Shown here piece after piece: positions 60,187-64,000 of a DNA stretch of 64,000 nt. This stretch comes from Octopus sinensis (Eukaryota), in the NCBI RefSeq assembly GCF_006345805.1, contig NW_021832125.1, positions 62,001 to 126,000 on the forward strand, given 5' to 3'. Position 1 is the first letter of the stretch; each line of letters opens with the position of its first letter. The notes below the pieces were generated by a model. That model saw only the letters and a list, made by a program, of their open reading frames with translations, searched no databases and was not told where the DNA came from. Made by a program: the position numbers and the translations under genes.

Positions 60187-60451
60187 CAAAAATCGACAAA
60201 ATTCGGGCGAAAGCGGCAAACCTGCTGAATACTTTCTCTGAAAAAAAGATTATCCCGAAAGCCTGGAACAACGGAGAGGTTCGTCCTGAAAATCCCCGTC
60301 CGTACCGAAAATGCGTCGGGACAACGGCGGAACATCGGGAGAGGCTGCGAGAACTGCTAGGGGAGGCTGGGATCACCTGAATTCTTCTTTCTTTTGGCTA
60401 TGACGGTGGTTTTCTGGTTCAATAATAATAATAATAATAATTATAATAATA
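60187..60451 (+). mobile_element. Short 3' LINE fragment with (TAA)n tail
   Basis: 13-bp TSD ATCTACAGGATAT at 60174-60186 and 60452-60464. Open frame ends ...LLGEAGIT*. Confidence 0.75.
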
Positions 60452-60516
60452 ATCTACAGGATATTTCAAGGGGCCATATGAAAGCAAATAGATAAGCTAG
60501 GATCAGGCGTGAATAG

Positions 60517-62780
60517 CCGGGGAAAAATCGCTTCTCCGAGACTCAAGGTCTTATGGAGGTGCAGCTACTTACAGTGATCATAAAATTGTCTCTGCCAAGT
60601 TTGCTATGAAGACATCAATTGACCTACGACGAAGAGGGCCCAACGCTGATGTAAGGATAAGGCATAAAATCGAACAACTGTGCTCATCCACGCTGGTCAG
60701 AGACAACTACCAACTGTCAATCATGAAATCTCTTGGAAACATAAATGCCGAACTTTCTCCAGGAGGTGCCTGGGCGGAGACAATGAAAGGGATCCTCTTG
60801 GCAGCCGACGAGGCAATTGGCCTTCGGTCGCAAGTACTATGCAACAAAGGTATACACTCTGATCTCCCTGCCCTCATCAAAGAACAAAAGGAGCTAAGAC
60901 TACAACTGGAAAACACATCTGATCCGAAGAAGAAACAAATCTTACAGAACAGACGTTCATCTACCCAGAAAAAAATCAAAATGTTGAACAAGACAAACTT
61001 CACTAACAAACTCGACTTAATAGCTGCAGGAATTGAACAGCTAAAGGACTCTTCAAAAATGTTTACGGCAATCCACCTACTCAACAGGAAAAAACAAACT
61101 AACAAACTCAAAATCCATGACAGCAATGGAAGATTCATCACAAATCCCAAAGAGCAGGCTGAATATATAGCCTCGTATTTCGAGAGTATATTAACCGCTC
61201 ACGGAGAAATATCCGATTATACCAGCGGATACACCACTCATCTCAGCCTACCTATCACCACCGGTGAAGTATCAACTGCAATAGCCAAACTTAAAAATGG
61301 CCGCTCCTCTGGACCGGATGGAATAAATTCAGAACTGTTTAAATACGGACCGCCTGCACTAACAGACAAACTGGCGGAGCTACTCAATGGTATGTTTATG
61401 AAAAAGGAATTCCTCGGTCTTGATTCCGGATTATTAATACCGATCCAAAAGCCTAACAAGCAGGCTGGGCCTGTCGAAAATCTACGCCCTATAATCTTGC
61501 TAAACACCTTACGGAAACTTTTGGGATTAGTTACACTGAACCGAATAAGAGAACAAGTGGATAACTATCTATCCCCGAGTCATAGTGGATTTAGGACAGG
61601 AAGATCCACCGCCGATGCTGTTTGGGCCCACAAGTGGTACTGCGCTATCACCCAGAGATACAAAAGTGCAACAACAGTCCTGGGAATAGACCTGTCTAGG
61701 GCCTTTGACACGGTACGCCGTGGTCTACTCCTCAAAATACTGGAACAATTCCTGGACCCTGACTCTGTCAATATGATAAGAGTACTACTATCGAACACAA
61801 AGCTCAAGGTGCGGGTCGGCACGGCGTTTTCCCGCGAATTCACGTGCAACGTCGGTACCCCTCAGGGAGACGCCCTCTCGCCGCTGCTATTCGTGATCTA
61901 TCTGGAGACGGCACTACGAGACCTTCGAAAATTCTATGCTGGCAATATCGTCGAAATTGTATATGCAGATGACGTCGACTTCGTGTCAGACGACAAATCG
62001 GCCTTACTTCGACTCCTTGAAGTGGCACCTGCTGAGCTGAACAGATGGTTCCTTAAAATGAACGTTGGAAAAACCGACATCGTTGAAATCATGAGGATGG
62101 AGAGCAGCTCAAGTGAAGCCTGGCGCAAAACGAACAAACTCGGTTCTCTACTTGGGGACGGCCATGATATTGTCAGAAGAAAGGCTCTCGCTTGGGCCAC
62201 GATGAACAAGATAAAGAAAGAGTGGATCGGCAAACGACGACTCTGTACGTCACTTCGTCTGAGGATGTATGAAGCCTTTGTCAAACCAATCCTGACATAT
62301 AATTCGGCGACCTGGGGAATGTCTAGTACTGAACAACGTGGACTCGATTCCTTTCACCGCAGGCAACTTAGATCCCTACTGGGATTGAACTGGCCTATAA
62401 GAATCAACCAGGAATCGCTATACAATAGATGCAGAACTGGCCCTCTGAGTGTGGAAATCGTTAATATGCGGTGGAGGTTATTTGGCCATATTCTACGAAT
62501 GGACATGCTTGCCCCAGCTAACATAGCAATGGAGGGCTACTTCCTGAAAGAAGGATCGAGCTTCCGTGGACGTCCACGTGTTACGCTGCCGGAAACACTT
62601 GACGGAGACCTGAAATGTGTGAAGAAAAGGCTAAGGAGTGGTGAGGATCTGGACGAGCTGAGGAAACTCGCTCACGACAGAGGAGGTTGGAGGAGGCTGG
62701 TTCAAAGGATTGTTTTTAATGCTGCACGAGTAAAATTATAACTAATATGATTCTACGTATGTTGCAAATAATAATAATAA
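60517..62780 (+). mobile_element. Young 5'-truncated RTE element with (TAA)n tail and 64-74 bp TSD
   Basis: Identical repeats at 60443-60516 and 62771-62844. Starts within the APE end (YSDHKIV). Confidence 0.92.
60606..62741 (+). CDS. RTE-clade reverse transcriptase (711 aa, uninterrupted)
   Basis: LRPIILLN, SGFR.GRST, DLSRAFD, GTPQGDALSPLLF, YADD, GRPR, DRGGWRRLV. Confidence 0.95.
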   Translation: MKTSIDLRRRGPNADVRIRHKIEQLCSSTLVRDNYQLSIMKSLGNINAELSPGGAWAETMKGILLAADEAIGLRSQVLCNKGIHSDLPALIKEQKELRLQLENTSDPKKKQILQNRRSSTQKKIKMLNKTNFTNKLDLIAAGIEQLKDSSKMFTAIHLLNRKKQTNKLKIHDSNGRFITNPKEQAEYIASYFESILTAHGEISDYTSGYTTHLSLPITTGEVSTAIAKLKNGRSSGPDGINSELFKYGPPALTDKLAELLNGMFMKKEFLGLDSGLLIPIQKPNKQAGPVENLRPIILLNTLRKLLGLVTLNRIREQVDNYLSPSHSGFRTGRSTADAVWAHKWYCAITQRYKSATTVLGIDLSRAFDTVRRGLLLKILEQFLDPDSVNMIRVLLSNTKLKVRVGTAFSREFTCNVGTPQGDALSPLLFVIYLETALRDLRKFYAGNIVEIVYADDVDFVSDDKSALLRLLEVAPAELNRWFLKMNVGKTDIVEIMRMESSSSEAWRKTNKLGSLLGDGHDIVRRKALAWATMNKIKKEWIGKRRLCTSLRLRMYEAFVKPILTYNSATWGMSSTEQRGLDSFHRRQLRSLLGLNWPIRINQESLYNRCRTGPLSVEIVNMRWRLFGHILRMDMLAPANIAMEGYFLKEGSSFRGRPRVTLPETLDGDLKCVKKRLRSGEDLDELRKLAHDRGGWRRLVQRIVFNAARVKL

Positions 62781-62894
62781 TCTACAGGATATTTCAAGGG
62801 GCCATATGAAAGCAAATAGATAAGCTAGGATCAGGCGTGAATAGACAAAATTCAACTTGGTTGAGGCTTAAGGTTGCATTTTAAAAAAGAAATA

Positions 62895-63170
62895 CAGTAA
62901 ACTCTCTAGAATCTGCCAATTCTTAAATTTGCAACTTTTTATCGATTCTTTCTACTTTACAATGATATTTGCCAATTCTGAAAATTTCCACAATTTTTGA
63001 AAATTCTTTTTATTAATTAAAAAATTCTTTTTTATTGAAAAAAATACAAAGAATTTAAAGCAAGCATGGGTCGCACTGTTCCTGTTGGAAGCTACACTAG
63101 GCTTACATTTGCTCAAAAAGTGGAAATATTGCATTACAAAGAAAGTAATAAGGGCGATATCGTGTTTTAG
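62895..63170 (+). mobile_element. Tigger/pogo 5' fragment
   Basis: TA then CAGTAAACTCTCT TIR. RLTFAQKVEIL resembles the CENP-B-type HTH start. Confidence 0.7.
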
Positions 63171-63239
63171 CGTCTTAAAATCATAAGGGACCAATTCTGA
63201 TTAGAAATCGTAACACTTTATTAACAAAAAACACCCGAG

Positions 63240-64000
63240 ATAAAACAGTTAACTAAACTAATCCGACGACCCGTCCGCATCCGAAGTCTGGAGGCCAGCC
63301 TCTTCTGCTTCTGGTCGAAGGAATAGCTCTGTGAGAGCATTTTCCAGCCGGTCCTTCTTCTGCCCATGTGGCATTAAGGGGCTGGATCTGCGCGCATCAA
63401 CAGATGCACTCTCTAGAGTTCTTTTCAGGACAGTGGACTGCATATAGGCCTGAATGTACCTATCGACTCCCAACTGCCTGAGATAACCCTTGTGGTACTT
63501 AGATACAATTCCTTCCCATGTCATCACGCAAGGAATGACAAGGACCTTGCATCTGTGCATCAACCCAAGCTCGTTTGCAAGAAGGTCGTACTTACGCTTC
63601 TTTTCCACTTCCACCGTGGTCAAACGATCTAGACATGTGATGCCAACTTCTATGATAAGTATCTCGCCAGAGACCTTATCTTGTACCACAATGTCCGGCT
63701 TATTGTGCTGGACAAGTATCGAGGTGTGAATACTAGTATCCACTTTAATGCATACTCTGGCATTCTCGACCACAGACTGCACCTTATGAGTTCGCAACTT
63801 TCTGGAACGTCTAATCCCATACTTATTGCACAGCATTAAGTGTAAACTACGTACAACCTCGTTATGCCTCCACGTATAGTCGTGGTAAAACATACTACCG
63901 CATTTCGTGGCTATGTGGTCTACGGACAGGCACCTCAATTTACAATGAGGACAGACCTTAGATCGATTCCAGAAAAAGTTTCGATCTTGCAGATAGGTAA
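63240..64000 (-). mobile_element. R4/Dong-like element 3' part (RLE), continues beyond the window
   Basis: C..C...VDHIATKC...RHNEVV, HNKPDIVV, IIEVGIT, KYDLLA in ORF 63258-63938. Confidence 0.88.

Overview
This is eukaryotic (animal) genomic DNA, roughly 80-85% made of nested and decayed transposable elements, with three host-gene loci. (1) A TDRD12-like piRNA-pathway gene on + (~23814-28432): degenerate DEAD-box helicase, Cys/His motif, two Tudor domains, a helical segment and a C-terminal CS domain. (2) An IQGAP gene on - (37684-42149). (3) A 3' remnant of pyruvate dehydrogenase E1-beta (PDHB) on - with two premature stops. Almost every host intron I could map by hand is only 22-27 nt (one less certain TDRD12 junction is 33 nt), which is why the ORF track breaks these genes into fragments. 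Such micro-introns in clearly animal genes point to a dicyemid-like parasite; that is an inference, not shown by the sequence. TE content includes several Ginger-like integrase DNA transposons (TGT...ACA ends, 5-bp TSDs), three hAT lineages, Tigger/pogo, Tc1, a Helitron followed by a 29-unit minisatellite, many CRE-like and R4/Dong-like RLE retroelements, and RTE and other APE-type LINEs. Most notable: host-sized micro-introns in five different DNA-transposon families; an RTE with a 64-74 bp target-site duplication at a site hit three times; a partial inverted TDRD12 duplicate fused to a Tigger TIR; and five-level nesting in the first 7.2 kb. I found no CRISPR, rRNA or convincing tRNA. All protein assignments come from recalled family motifs, not database searches.
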